Shown here: piece by piece, positions 8,861-19,085 of the stretch
How positions within the stretch are numbered: position 1 is the first letter of the stretch
Layout of the letters: each line of letters starts with the position of its first letter
Source: Bacteroidota bacterium
GTDB taxonomy: Bacteria; Bacteroidota; Bacteroidia; 2-12-FULL-35-15
NCBI GenBank assembly: GCA_947449315.1
Contig: CANFRC010000012.1
Span: 5,842-69,841 of the forward strand
DNA length: 64,000 nucleotides
Direction of reading: 5' to 3'
The notes under the pieces: generated by a model
Databases searched by the model: none
Seen by the model: only the letters and a program-made list of their open reading frames with translations
Told to the model about the DNA's origin: nothing
Program-made: the position numbers and the translations under genes

Positions 8861-10234
8861 TTAATTGGTGGTCGCTAATACTTCGAATAATGCTTTCGCT
8901 TTTAATAAACATTCTTCATACTCTTGTTCAGCAATTGCTTTGTCGGTAATGGCACTTCCTACCATAAAGGATAAATACGTGTTTTCTGAATTGTATAGGA
9001 TACTTCTGATGACGACATTGAAATCGAAGTCGCCATTGGGAGAAATATATCCGACTGCTCCAGAATATAATCCGCGTTTCGTACTTTCAAATTCCTCGAT
9101 TAATTTCATAGCACTTATTTTTGGCGCACCTGTCATAGAACCCATAGGAAATGTGCTTCTCAGAACATCAGTAAAAGAGATGTTCTCTTTCACTTCACAA
9201 CTTATTGTAGATATCATTTGGTGCACCTGCTTGAAACTATAGATGGTTTGTAGTTCATCTACTTTTACAGTTCCACGTTTGGCAATATGCGATAAATCGT
9301 TACGGACCAAATCGACAATCATCACATTTTCGCTTTTTTCTTTAAGGTTATTGCTGAGCTCGGTTTTCAGTTGTTCATCTTCCAGTTTATTGTCGGAGCG
9401 TTTGGCTGTGCCTTTTATTGGTTGAGAGATTAATTTGTTTCCTTTTTTTTGTAAATAACGCTCAGGGCTTGCACATAATAAAAAAAACTTCCCAAATTTT
9501 GAAAAGGCAGAGAATGGAGCTGCTGAAATGCTATTTAATTTTTCAAAAACAGCAACGGGGTCTATCGTTGTTTTTTCGGAGAAAAATTCCTGGCAAAAAT
9601 TTACTTCGTAGATATTTCCTTTTCGGATATGCTGCTTCAGTTGGTTTACAGCTTTTATATACTCTTTCTTTGTGATTTTCTGTTGGAGAAGGGTGTTTTG
9701 TTGTAATTCATTTTTAGGAGGAGGAGTAGATAAAGTAAATAAATAAATTTCCTCCGCTTGGTCCTTTGAAATAAATGCATCATCATAGAAAATGAACGCA
9801 TTCTTATTTTCTATTTGAATGACAACTTTTGGTGAAAAAAAATGAAGCAATGGAAGCTGAAGTCCATCTTCATTGTTTGATTCTAGATGCTCAATTTCAT
9901 TTTTAAGATCATAGGTTAAATATCCAAAAAGCCATCCTTTTCGAGAATCACAGAAACGCTGTAATTCTTCTAATCCTTTTTTTGATTTGGTTATTGTGAG
10001 TTCTTCACTGGAATCGATTGCAATTATTTTTGAAGACTGCAGATGTTTGTTGCTATTGGAAGCAGTATTAGAGTCAAAAACACAGGCATGTTGATACCGG
10101 TTATTTAGCCCTTCAATATTGATTTTGAAGCTTTGATTCGAAATTGTATTTGTTATTTTTTGAAACACATACAAACCTACATATTTTTTTTCTTCAAGGT
10201 TAATTAATGTCTGAGAATGGAAATAATCAATCAT
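8861..10234 (-). CDS. pabB: Aminodeoxychorismate synthase component I / anthranilate synthase component I family
   Basis: Chorismate-binding motifs SPERY, PIKGT, ENVMIVDLVRNDLS, FPMGSMTGAPK, RGLYSG; PIKGT favours PabB. True start may lie downstream. Confidence 0.8.
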   Translation of the reverse strand: MIDYFHSQTLINLEEKKYVGLYVFQKITNTISNQSFKINIEGLNNRYQHACVFDSNTASNSNKHLQSSKIIAIDSSEELTITKSKKGLEELQRFCDSRKGWLFGYLTYDLKNEIEHLESNNEDGLQLPLLHFFSPKVVIQIENKNAFIFYDDAFISKDQAEEIYLFTLSTPPPKNELQQNTLLQQKITKKEYIKAVNQLKQHIRKGNIYEVNFCQEFFSEKTTIDPVAVFEKLNSISAAPFSAFSKFGKFFLLCASPERYLQKKGNKLISQPIKGTAKRSDNKLEDEQLKTELSNNLKEKSENVMIVDLVRNDLSHIAKRGTVKVDELQTIYSFKQVHQMISTISCEVKENISFTDVLRSTFPMGSMTGAPKISAMKLIEEFESTKRGLYSGAVGYISPNGDFDFNVVIRSILYNSENTYLSFMVGSAITDKAIAEQEYEECLLKAKALFEVLATTN

Positions 10235-10458
10235 TTTTTTATCAATCAGCTTAAAATGGATTTTCCATCTGAATGTGGTAAGTTTTTAGCATTGTGTTTT
10301 TTTCCCACCTAATCAAAAATCAGATAACGATTCTTTTTTATTTTTTATGAATCATATTAAAATAGCCTTGTTTGGGCCTATTTTAATTTTATTTGAAGTA
10401 AAAAAATTGCACAGATTTCGGCCATTCCGATGTTCAAAATTGGAAAGTTTTCAACAAA

Positions 10459-10488
10459 GTGGTAAATTGTGGTAAAAAGTGGGAAAAT
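10459..10488 (+). promoter_or_regulatory. MraZ-binding repeats (three GTGG boxes at 10-bp period)
   Basis: GTGGTAAATT-GTGGTAAAAA-GTGGGAAAAT directly upstream of mraZ; matches the GTGG-N6 repeat operators known for MraZ. Confidence 0.8.
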
Positions 10489-10524
10489 TCTTATTATTTT
10501 TACGGCTTAAAGAATAAAACCCCA

Positions 10525-11010
10525 ATGGATAGTTTGTTTGGAGTATATGAGTGTAATGCAGATGCGAAAGGACGCGTAATGCTTCCTGTTGCATTTAAAA
10601 AGCAGCTCACCAAAGAGTTGAAAGCTGGATTTGTGATGAAGCGGAGCATATTTAGTAAGTCGCTGGAACTTTACCCTCTAGCAACTTGGAATAATATGGT
10701 GAAAGAGGTGAATAAGCTGAACAAGTTTGTGAAGAAGAATGTAGAGTTTATCCGCATGTTCAATTATGGTGTAGTTCCAGTTGATTTGGATGCATCAGGC
10801 CGATTGTTGATCTCCAAGGATATGATGACGTTTGCTGGGATGACTAAAAATGTTGTGATGGCAGCTGCTGGAGATCGAATAGAGATCTGGGACAAAAAAG
10901 CATACGAGAAATTTATTAATAGTGGTACTGTCAACTTTGAAAAATTGGCTGAAGATGTAATGGGTGGAATCACTCCTTCAAACAACGATAACAAAGATGG
11001 AGTATCATAA
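10525..11010 (+). CDS. mraZ: Transcriptional regulator MraZ
   Basis: DAKGRV and DASGRL repeats, IEIWD; start moved to ATG 10525, downstream of the operator. Confidence 0.95.
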   Translation: MDSLFGVYECNADAKGRVMLPVAFKKQLTKELKAGFVMKRSIFSKSLELYPLATWNNMVKEVNKLNKFVKKNVEFIRMFNYGVVPVDLDASGRLLISKDMMTFAGMTKNVVMAAAGDRIEIWDKKAYEKFINSGTVNFEKLAEDVMGGITPSNNDNKDGVS

Positions 11011-11893
11011 CCCCGTTCTTTTAAAAGAGTGTATTGATGGCTTGAACATTAATCCTGAAGGGATTTATGTTGATGTAACCTTTGGTGGTGGTGGACATTC
11101 CAGAGAGATTTTAAGGCATTTGACAACTGGTAAGTTGTATGCGTTTGATCAGGATGATGATGCCGTTAAAAATAAGATCGATGATGAGCGCTTTGTATTG
11201 ATCAAACAAAATTTCAGGTACCTGAAAAATTTTTTGAAAATGTATAATGCATTACCCATTGATGGTTTGCTTGCTGATCTTGGAGTTTCCTCCCATCAGT
11301 TTGATGAAGCGGAAAGAGGTTTCTCTATTCGTTTTGATGCAAAACTTGATATGAGGATGGATCAAAATGCAAAGCAAACAGCTGCCGATGTTTTGAACAC
11401 GTATAGTGAAGAAGATCTGAAACGAATTTTCAAATTGTATGGTGAAGTTGACAATGCAGGTTATTTAGCTTCTATCATTTTTCACAATAGAAAAGATAAA
11501 GCCATTCAGACAGTGAATGACCTGAAAGTGATGATCACTAAATGTGTGAAGAGAGGAAAAGAGAATCAATATTACGCCCAGGTGTTTCAAGCCTTGCGAA
11601 TAGAGGTAAACAAGGAAATGGATGTATTGCAGGAATTGCTTTTGCAAAGTCTAGATGTTTTGAAACCCGGTGGAAGGCTGGTTGTGATCTCCTATCATTC
11701 GTTAGAAGATAGATTGGTTAAAAACATCATGAGAAGTGGAAAGTTTGAAGGGGAAGTAGAGAAAGATTTTTTTGGTAATCAATTGACGCCTTTTAAGCAG
11801 ATATCAAAAAAGCCAATTGTGCCAAGTGATGAAGAGAATAAAATAAATAGCAGAGCTAGAAGTGCAAAATTAAGAATTGCAGAAAAAAAATAA
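10997..11893 (+). CDS. rsmH: 16S rRNA m4C1402 methyltransferase
   Basis: HNPVLL, DVTFGGGGHS, DLGVSSHQFD, SYHSLEDRLVK, RARSAKLR; start moved to ATG 10997. Confidence 0.97.
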   Translation: MEYHNPVLLKECIDGLNINPEGIYVDVTFGGGGHSREILRHLTTGKLYAFDQDDDAVKNKIDDERFVLIKQNFRYLKNFLKMYNALPIDGLLADLGVSSHQFDEAERGFSIRFDAKLDMRMDQNAKQTAADVLNTYSEEDLKRIFKLYGEVDNAGYLASIIFHNRKDKAIQTVNDLKVMITKCVKRGKENQYYAQVFQALRIEVNKEMDVLQELLLQSLDVLKPGGRLVVISYHSLEDRLVKNIMRSGKFEGEVEKDFFGNQLTPFKQISKKPIVPSDEENKINSRARSAKLRIAEKK

Positions 11894-12310
11894 ATGGGAA
11901 ATAAGTTCAAAGAAGAACCAAAAGCTGAAGAACCTCAAAAGCCTAAAACTCCTGCGAGAGAAAATAAGGTGGTTCGTTCTGTTGCAAATGTTGTGAGTGG
12001 AAGTTTTCTATCAAAAGATACAACAGTAAAAAATTTACCATTCATTTTTTTCTTGTCATTTCTAGCTATATGCTACATCGCAAACGGTTATTATGCTGAT
12101 GATCAAGTAAGAAAAGTGAACAGATTAACAAACGAAATAAAGGAGTTGCGAACGCAATACATTGTTGTAAAAGATTCTTTAGTTGTAAAAAGCAAACAAA
12201 CAGAAGTAGCGAAAGCATTAGCAAAAAAAGAAACAGGAATAAAGGAGTCGGTGGTGCCTCCTAAGAAAATACTAGTACAAACAGTTAACACAACTACCCA
12301 AAAAGATTAA
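11894..12310 (+). CDS. ftsL: FtsL-like cell division protein
   Basis: Lies between rsmH and the PBP gene; single TM helix, YIAN motif, coiled coil. Confidence 0.8.
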   Translation: MGNKFKEEPKAEEPQKPKTPARENKVVRSVANVVSGSFLSKDTTVKNLPFIFFLSFLAICYIANGYYADDQVRKVNRLTNEIKELRTQYIVVKDSLVVKSKQTEVAKALAKKETGIKESVVPPKKILVQTVNTTTQKD

Positions 12311-12315
12311 GAACC

Positions 12316-14436
12316 TTGGAAATTAGAAAAGACATACTGTGGCGTGTATATCTCATATATTTTATTATATGCCTTTTCGGTGTCGCTATTATTTCCAAAA
12401 TATGTATCATCCAATTTTCTGAAGGAGATAAGTGGAGAGCTCAGGCAGAAAGTTTCTCAACCAAGATTTTTGAGATTGAAGCTGTTCGTGGTAATATCTA
12501 CGATGCAAATGGTAGTTTGTTAGCAACATCTCTGCCTTATTTTGAAGTGGGTATGGACGTAAATACGGATGCGATCACCAAAGAAATATTTAATGATAAT
12601 GTTGATTCACTATCCATTTGTCTTGCTAATTTATTTCAGGATAAAAGTTGGAAAGATTATAGAAAATGTCTTGTGAAAGCTCGCAGAGATGGCGATCGTT
12701 GGGTTGTTCTTCAACGCGATGTTTCATATACTGATCTTCAGAAGATGAAAAAATTTCCAATCCTGAAAAGAGGTAAAAATCGTGGTGGTTTCATTTATCT
12801 GCAAACAAACAAACGCGAGCGTCCTTTCCAAGGGCTAGCTGCAAGAACCATAGGTAAACTTAATGAGAACGGAACAGGAAAGTCGTATGGTTTAGAATCT
12901 GCCTTCGATAGTATTCTGGTTGGAACGACAGGAGAAAGGACCATGCAAAAGATTGCAGGAAATGTTTGGCGTCCAATCACCGATGATAATCAGATCGACC
13001 CTCAAGATGGAGATGATATTCTTTCAACGATTGATATCAATGTGCAGGATGTTGCTGAAAATTCGCTGATGAATTGTTTAAAAAAGCACGGTGCCGATCA
13101 TGGATGTTTGATATTAATGGAGATCAAGACAGGTGAAGTAAAAGCAATTGCAAATCTGAAACGCAACGGAAAAGATACTTCTCAATATTTAGAAAATCTG
13201 AATTATGCTGTTGGTGTTGCAACTGTTCCTGGCTCCACATTCAAACTTCCCTCTCTTGTTGCTGCAATGGAAGATTTCAATGTGAGTCTGAATGAGATAG
13301 TTGATATAGGCGAGGGAACATGTTTTTATAGCGATGCAAAAGTGAGTGATTCACACCATCCTGCAAAAAGTAGAATAACAGTGAAGGAGGTATTCGAGCA
13401 GTCTTCCAATGTTGGAGTTACAAAAATAATTACAAAATACTATGCTAAACAACCGCAACAATATATTGATCGTTTATATAAAATGAATTTGAATGATCCT
13501 TTAAACATTACGATTCCAGGTGAAGCGAAACCTTATATAAAAAACACAAAAGATAAAACTTGGTCAAAAATTTCTTTACCATGGATAAGCTACGGATACG
13601 AAACTCGTATTACTCCATTGCAGATCCTGAATTTTTATAGCGCTGTTGCAAATAATGGAAAAATGATGCGCCCCATGTTTGTAAAAGAAATTCGTAATCG
13701 AGGGAAAACAAAAAAAGCATTCCAGCCGGAAGTGATAAATGAATCCATCTGTTCTCAAGCAACGGTTAAAAAGGCAAAAGAGATGATGGAAGGTGTCGTA
13801 TTACGAGGGACAGGAAAAAGCTTAGCAGCATCAAATTATCAGATTGCTGGAAAAACCGGGACAGCACAAATGGGAATCGTGAATGGTAAAATGACTTATC
13901 AAGCTTCCTTCGTTGGTTATTTTCCTGCTGATAATCCGAAGTATTCTTGCATTGTTGTAGTTAGTGCACCAAGTGGTGATTCTTATTATGGAGGTGCTGT
14001 AGCAGGCCCAGTGTTTAAGGATGTAGCCGATAAAGTATATTCAACAAGCCTAGAGATTCATAAAGAAATTAATTCTGTACAACCTCAATTTTCTTCAAAG
14101 GCCCCTTCAGTAAAATGCGGCTATCAGCCCGAAATTGAAACGGTACTAACTACATTAAAAGTGAAGAACAGTACGAATGATGCTAAAGCAGAATGGGTTT
14201 CTTCTTCAACAAAAGATTCTGTCTCAGTCAGCCTTTTTTCAAACAAAACTGAAGCAGAATTAAAACGAGGCATTGTTCCAAACTTAGTTGGAATGACAGC
14301 AAGGGATGTTTTATATCTATTAGAGAATAACGGAATGAGAGTAAAGTTAATTGGCAGTGGTGCTGTTGCTACTCAGTCGATTAGTGCGGGAGCAACCTTT
14401 ATAAAAGGAACACAAATAATCTTGCAATTGATTTAA
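12316..14436 (+). CDS. ftsI: Penicillin-binding protein 3 (division transpeptidase) with C-terminal PASTA domain
   Basis: RGNIYD, PGSTFK (SxxK), SSN, KTGTAQ, VPNLVGM PASTA; TTG start. Confidence 0.93.
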   Translation: MEIRKDILWRVYLIYFIICLFGVAIISKICIIQFSEGDKWRAQAESFSTKIFEIEAVRGNIYDANGSLLATSLPYFEVGMDVNTDAITKEIFNDNVDSLSICLANLFQDKSWKDYRKCLVKARRDGDRWVVLQRDVSYTDLQKMKKFPILKRGKNRGGFIYLQTNKRERPFQGLAARTIGKLNENGTGKSYGLESAFDSILVGTTGERTMQKIAGNVWRPITDDNQIDPQDGDDILSTIDINVQDVAENSLMNCLKKHGADHGCLILMEIKTGEVKAIANLKRNGKDTSQYLENLNYAVGVATVPGSTFKLPSLVAAMEDFNVSLNEIVDIGEGTCFYSDAKVSDSHHPAKSRITVKEVFEQSSNVGVTKIITKYYAKQPQQYIDRLYKMNLNDPLNITIPGEAKPYIKNTKDKTWSKISLPWISYGYETRITPLQILNFYSAVANNGKMMRPMFVKEIRNRGKTKKAFQPEVINESICSQATVKKAKEMMEGVVLRGTGKSLAASNYQIAGKTGTAQMGIVNGKMTYQASFVGYFPADNPKYSCIVVVSAPSGDSYYGGAVAGPVFKDVADKVYSTSLEIHKEINSVQPQFSSKAPSVKCGYQPEIETVLTTLKVKNSTNDAKAEWVSSSTKDSVSVSLFSNKTEAELKRGIVPNLVGMTARDVLYLLENNGMRVKLIGSGAVATQSISAGATFIKGTQIILQLI

Positions 14437-15900
14437 ATGAAATTACTAAAGGACATATTATACAAGGCTGGTTTGGTTGAGGTTGTTGGTTCTACCAATG
14501 TAGCGATCATGTCAATCACGTTCGATTCTAGAAAAATTGAGAAGGATAGCTTGTTTGTAGCCGTAAAAGGCTCCTTAAGTGATGGTCATAAATATATCGA
14601 TGATACAATTTCCAAAGGCGCAATTGCTATTTTATGCGAAGAAATTCCTGAAAATTTAAATGAGAAGATCACTTACATAAAAGTAAAAGATACAACCGCT
14701 GCTTTAGGAGTAGTTGCAAGTAATTTTTACGGTAACCCCTCTGAAAGTTTAAAATTAGTTGGTGTTACAGGAACAAATGGCAAAACGACTACAGTTACTT
14801 TATTGTTCAATTTGTTTAAAAAATTAGGATATAAAGTTGGATTACTTTCTACCGTTAAGAATCAGATCAATAACGATGTGATTCCCGCAACACATACAAC
14901 ACCAGATGCAATTCAATTAAATGCATTGCTTCGTCAGATGGTTGATAAGGGGTGTACGCACTGTTTTATGGAAGTAAGTTCTCATGCAGTAGTTCAAAAC
15001 AGGATTGCAGGAATTCATTTTCAAGGTGGCGTTTTTTCAAACATTACACACGATCATTTAGATTATCATAAAACATTCGAAGAATATATCAAGGCAAAAA
15101 AGAAGTTTTTTGATATGTTGGGAAGTGATGCATTTGCGCTCACCAATAAAGATGATGCAAATGGAGATGTAATGTTGCAGAATACTAAAGCAACAAAAAA
15201 AACATATTCATTGCGTTCGATGGCTGATTTTAAATGCAAAGTGGTGGAGAATCAATTCAGTGGTCTTCTGTTGAATATAGATAATAATGAAGTTTGGACA
15301 AAATTGATAGGAAGCTTTAATGCTTATAATCTGCTTGCTGTGTATGCAACAGCAGTTTTATTGAAAGAAGACAAAACAAATGTGTTAACCACATTGAGCT
15401 CCTTGAGTTCAGTGGAAGGTCGTTTTCAATATGTAAGAACAGATAATGGGATAATTGGAATTGTTGATTATGCTCATACTCCTGATGCATTATTAAATGT
15501 ATTGAAAACAATTGCAGACATCAGATCAGGAAATGAGCAGGTGATAACTGTTGTTGGATGTGGTGGAGATAGAGATGCTGCAAAACGCCCTGTAATGGCA
15601 AAGATAGCTTGTGAGCTCAGCAACAAAGTAATTCTTACTTCCGACAATCCAAGAAGTGAAGATCCGGAAGCAATAATAAAAGAAATGCAGGCAGGTGTTG
15701 ATGCAGTAAATAATAAAAAAACAATCTCCATTACGGATAGAAGTGAAGCTATAAAAACAGCTTGTTCATATGCAAAGCAGGGCGACATTATCCTTGTTGC
15801 TGGTAAAGGACACGAGAAGTATCAGGAGATAAAAGGAGTGAAGCATGATTTTGATGACATGATTGTGCTGCAGGAAAATTTAAAATTATTTGAAAAATAA
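14437..15900 (+). CDS. murE: UDP-MurNAc-L-Ala-D-Glu--meso-DAP ligase
   Basis: [33 protein letters not shown] (DAP-specific), AGKGHE. Confidence 0.97.
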   Translation: MKLLKDILYKAGLVEVVGSTNVAIMSITFDSRKIEKDSLFVAVKGSLSDGHKYIDDTISKGAIAILCEEIPENLNEKITYIKVKDTTAALGVVASNFYGNPSESLKLVGVTGTNGKTTTVTLLFNLFKKLGYKVGLLSTVKNQINNDVIPATHTTPDAIQLNALLRQMVDKGCTHCFMEVSSHAVVQNRIAGIHFQGGVFSNITHDHLDYHKTFEEYIKAKKKFFDMLGSDAFALTNKDDANGDVMLQNTKATKKTYSLRSMADFKCKVVENQFSGLLLNIDNNEVWTKLIGSFNAYNLLAVYATAVLLKEDKTNVLTTLSSLSSVEGRFQYVRTDNGIIGIVDYAHTPDALLNVLKTIADIRSGNEQVITVVGCGGDRDAAKRPVMAKIACELSNKVILTSDNPRSEDPEAIIKEMQAGVDAVNNKKTISITDRSEAIKTACSYAKQGDIILVAGKGHEKYQEIKGVKHDFDDMIVLQENLKLFEK

Positions 15901-15917
15901 CTAAAACAGATCATAGA

Positions 15918-17198
15918 ATGTTCTACTATTTATTTGATTTTTTAGACAAGCAGTTTGATTTTCCCGGAGCGGGAGTGTTTCATTATATCTCTTTCCGTGC
16001 CGCTATGGCTTTGATTGGGTCACTCTTAATTTCGATGGCATTCGGAAAACGTATTATTCAGTTATTACATAAAAAACAGGTTGGAGAAACTGTTCGTGAT
16101 CTGGGTTTAGAGGGCCAGATGGAAAAAAAAGGAACTCCAACCATGGGAGGTTTAATTATTCTCTCTGCAATCGTTGTCCCTACGTTGTTGTTTGCAAAAC
16201 TTCATAACGTATATATTATTTTAATGTTACTGTCCACCGTATGGCTTGGTGCAATAGGTTTTTTGGATGATTACATCAAAGTATTTAAAAAAGATAAAAA
16301 AGGATTAAAAGGAAAATTTAAAGTATTAGGACAAATCGGTATAGGGTTGATTGTAGGGATCACACTGTATTGTAATGACGAGGTTGTAGTAAAAGAAAAG
16401 TTAACGAATAGTGTTTCTGTATTTACACCATTGGGTGCAAATGCAGATGTAGTACATGGTTCAGAAGCTGCTCCTCAGATGGCAAAGTGGGCGAATAAGG
16501 AAACAAAGTCGATGAAAACGACTATTCCATTTGTAAAAAATAATGAATTTGATTATTCATCATTGCTTTCATTTATTGGACCAGGATATAAAAAATGGGC
16601 ATGGATAATTTTTATTCCTATTGTAATCATAATTGTTACTGCAGTATCTAACGGAGCAAATATCACGGATGGAATTGATGGTTTAGCAACGGGAACTTCC
16701 GCTATCATAGGAGTTGTATTAGGAATACTTGCTTACGTTTCCGGTAATACCGTTTTCGCTGATTATTTAAATATCATGTATATCCCTAACTCTGGGGAGT
16801 TGGTAATTTTTATAGCTGCTTTTGTTGGAGCTTGTGTCGGATTTTTATGGTACAACTCTTATCCGGCTCAAGTATTTATGGGTGATACAGGTAGTTTGGC
16901 GCTAGGCGGAATAATCGCGGTGTTTGCGATCGCAATCAGAAAAGAACTATTAATTCCAATTCTCTGTGGTGTATTCTTAGTCGAAAATGTTTCGGTAATG
17001 CTGCAGGTTGCTTACTTCAAACGAATGAAGAAAAAATTCGGAATTGAATATGCTCGTGAACATCGTTTATTTAAAATGGCTCCATTACATCATCATTATC
17101 AAAAATTAGGAATGCATGAAGCAAAAATAGTTTCACGCTTCTGGATCATTGGGATCATGTTAGCAGTTTTGACAATTGTAACATTGAAGTTGAGATAA
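15918..17198 (+). CDS. mraY: Phospho-MurNAc-pentapeptide transferase
   Basis: [37 protein letters not shown]. Confidence 0.97.
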   Translation: MFYYLFDFLDKQFDFPGAGVFHYISFRAAMALIGSLLISMAFGKRIIQLLHKKQVGETVRDLGLEGQMEKKGTPTMGGLIILSAIVVPTLLFAKLHNVYIILMLLSTVWLGAIGFLDDYIKVFKKDKKGLKGKFKVLGQIGIGLIVGITLYCNDEVVVKEKLTNSVSVFTPLGANADVVHGSEAAPQMAKWANKETKSMKTTIPFVKNNEFDYSSLLSFIGPGYKKWAWIIFIPIVIIIVTAVSNGANITDGIDGLATGTSAIIGVVLGILAYVSGNTVFADYLNIMYIPNSGELVIFIAAFVGACVGFLWYNSYPAQVFMGDTGSLALGGIIAVFAIAIRKELLIPILCGVFLVENVSVMLQVAYFKRMKKKFGIEYAREHRLFKMAPLHHHYQKLGMHEAKIVSRFWIIGIMLAVLTIVTLKLR

Positions 17199-18539
17199 AT
17201 GAAACGCTTGGTAATACTTGGCGGTGGAGAGAGTGGTGTGGGTAGCGCAGTGCTAGCACAAAAAAAAGGATTTGAAGTTTTTCTTTCTGATAAAGGAAAA
17301 TTAAAAGATAAGTACAAAAACGTTCTTTCAAAATATGGAATTGAGTGGGAGGAAGAAAAGCATTCTGAACACTTGGTATTAAATGCGGATGAAGTTGTGA
17401 AAAGTCCTGGTATTCCTGACACTGCAGATTTAGTAAAAGCATTGAAAGCAAAAAATATTCCTGTGATATCGGAAATAGAATTTGCTGGACGATATACAAC
17501 TGCAAAAAAAATATGTATTACAGGAAGTAATGGAAAAACGACCACCACCTTACTTATTTATCACATGATGCAAAAAGGGGGTTTTAATGTAGGGCTTGGA
17601 GGGAATGTAGGAAAGAGTTTTGCAATGCAGGTAGCAGAGAATGATTTTGATTATTATGTTTTAGAGCTAAGTAGTTTTCAGCTAGATGGCATGTTTGAGT
17701 TCAAAGCTGATATTGCGATTCTGCTAAACATTACTCCAGATCATTTGGATAGATATGATTACAAGTTGGAAAACTATGCGAATTCAAAATTTAGGATTAT
17801 TCAAAACCAAACAGTGAACGATGCATTTATTTATTGTATGGATGATGAAGAGACAATGAAAATTCTTCAATCAAAAAAAATCAACGCAAAACAATATCCT
17901 TTCTCAATAAAGAAAAAAGTTGAACAAGGAGCATTTTTAAACGAAAACAATCAACTAGAAATAAATACTAATAACACAAATCCCTTATTTATGACAATTC
18001 AAGAACTGGCCCTTCAAGGCAAACACAACATTTACAATTCAATGGCTGCTGGTGTAACAGGCAAACTAATTGAGATGAGAAAAGAATCAATTCGCGAGAG
18101 TCTTTCTGATTTTCATAACATCGACCACCGTTTAGAATTGGTAGGAAATGTTCATGGAATTGAATTTATTAACGATTCAAAAGCCACGAATGTTAATTCT
18201 ACATGGTATGCTTTGGAAAGTATGAATAACCCTGTTATTCTTATTCTTGGAGGAGTTGATAAAGGAAATGATTATTCGATGCTTTCAGATCTTGTAAAAG
18301 AAAAAGTAAAAGCAATTATCTGTTTGGGAACGGATAATAAAAAGATCATCAAATCTTTTGGGGGAGTAGTTGAAACAATTGTAGAAGCGAAATCAGCTAA
18401 AGAAGCGGTAGCGCAGGCCTATAAGATCGGTAAGAAAGGGGATACCGTTCTTTTATCTCCGGCATGTGCTAGTTTTGATTTGTTTGAAAATTATGAAGAT
18501 CGCGGAACTCAGTTTAAGCAAGCGGTTCGTGCACTTTAA
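17199..18539 (+). CDS. murD: UDP-MurNAc-L-Ala--D-glutamate ligase
   Basis: GGGESG, ITGSNGKTTT, ELSSFQL, PDHLDRY, HRLE, NDSKATN, SPACASFD. Confidence 0.97.
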   Translation: MKRLVILGGGESGVGSAVLAQKKGFEVFLSDKGKLKDKYKNVLSKYGIEWEEEKHSEHLVLNADEVVKSPGIPDTADLVKALKAKNIPVISEIEFAGRYTTAKKICITGSNGKTTTTLLIYHMMQKGGFNVGLGGNVGKSFAMQVAENDFDYYVLELSSFQLDGMFEFKADIAILLNITPDHLDRYDYKLENYANSKFRIIQNQTVNDAFIYCMDDEETMKILQSKKINAKQYPFSIKKKVEQGAFLNENNQLEINTNNTNPLFMTIQELALQGKHNIYNSMAAGVTGKLIEMRKESIRESLSDFHNIDHRLELVGNVHGIEFINDSKATNVNSTWYALESMNNPVILILGGVDKGNDYSMLSDLVKEKVKAIICLGTDNKKIIKSFGGVVETIVEAKSAKEAVAQAYKIGKKGDTVLLSPACASFDLFENYEDRGTQFKQAVRAL

Positions 18540-18572
18540 TTAGTTGATTGGTGTTATTACAATAAATAAGAG

Positions 18573-19082
18573 ATGTCAGAAGTGAATAAAATAAAAAATT
18601 ATCACGACAAACTAAACCCGTCTTTGGTTTCCCGCGAACGCGTGAGATCTTCAGAAGACGATCATCAACTTGAATTTGTTGATGAGATAAATGGTGTTTT
18701 ATACATCAACGATTCAAAATCCATCCGAGTAACATCAACACGTTATTCTTTGGAAGCAATTGAAACACCTGTGTTGCTTATACTTGGAGGTGATGACAGA
18801 GAAAATGATTATTCTTTGCTCGGGCAACAGATCAAGCAAAAGGTAATAGCTGTCATTTATTTAGGAGAGAGTAGTGATAAGTTTTTAAAGTATTTCGCGG
18901 AACAAAAAATGTTTTTTGCGAAAGCAACAAGTATTCGTGAGTCAATACAAATAGCATCTGCCTTCGCTCGTTCAGGTGATGCAGTTTTGTTTTCTCCTGC
19001 ATGTCCGAGTTATCAGGAACGTGATAATTATAAAAGCAGAGGAAACGATTTTAAATCAGTAGTTAAAAGTCTAAAAGCATAG
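18573..19082 (+). CDS. Stand-alone MurD C-terminal-domain paralogue (lacks the UDP-binding and ATPase domains)
   Basis: Aligns by eye with the last ~145 aa of the adjacent MurD: HQLEFV/HRLELV, INDSKSIR/INDSKATN, LILGGDDRENDYS/LILGGVDKGNDYS, GDAVLFSPACPSY/GDTVLLSPACASF. Confidence 0.85.
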   Translation: MSEVNKIKNYHDKLNPSLVSRERVRSSEDDHQLEFVDEINGVLYINDSKSIRVTSTRYSLEAIETPVLLILGGDDRENDYSLLGQQIKQKVIAVIYLGESSDKFLKYFAEQKMFFAKATSIRESIQIASAFARSGDAVLFSPACPSYQERDNYKSRGNDFKSVVKSLKA

Positions 19083-19085
19083 CAA

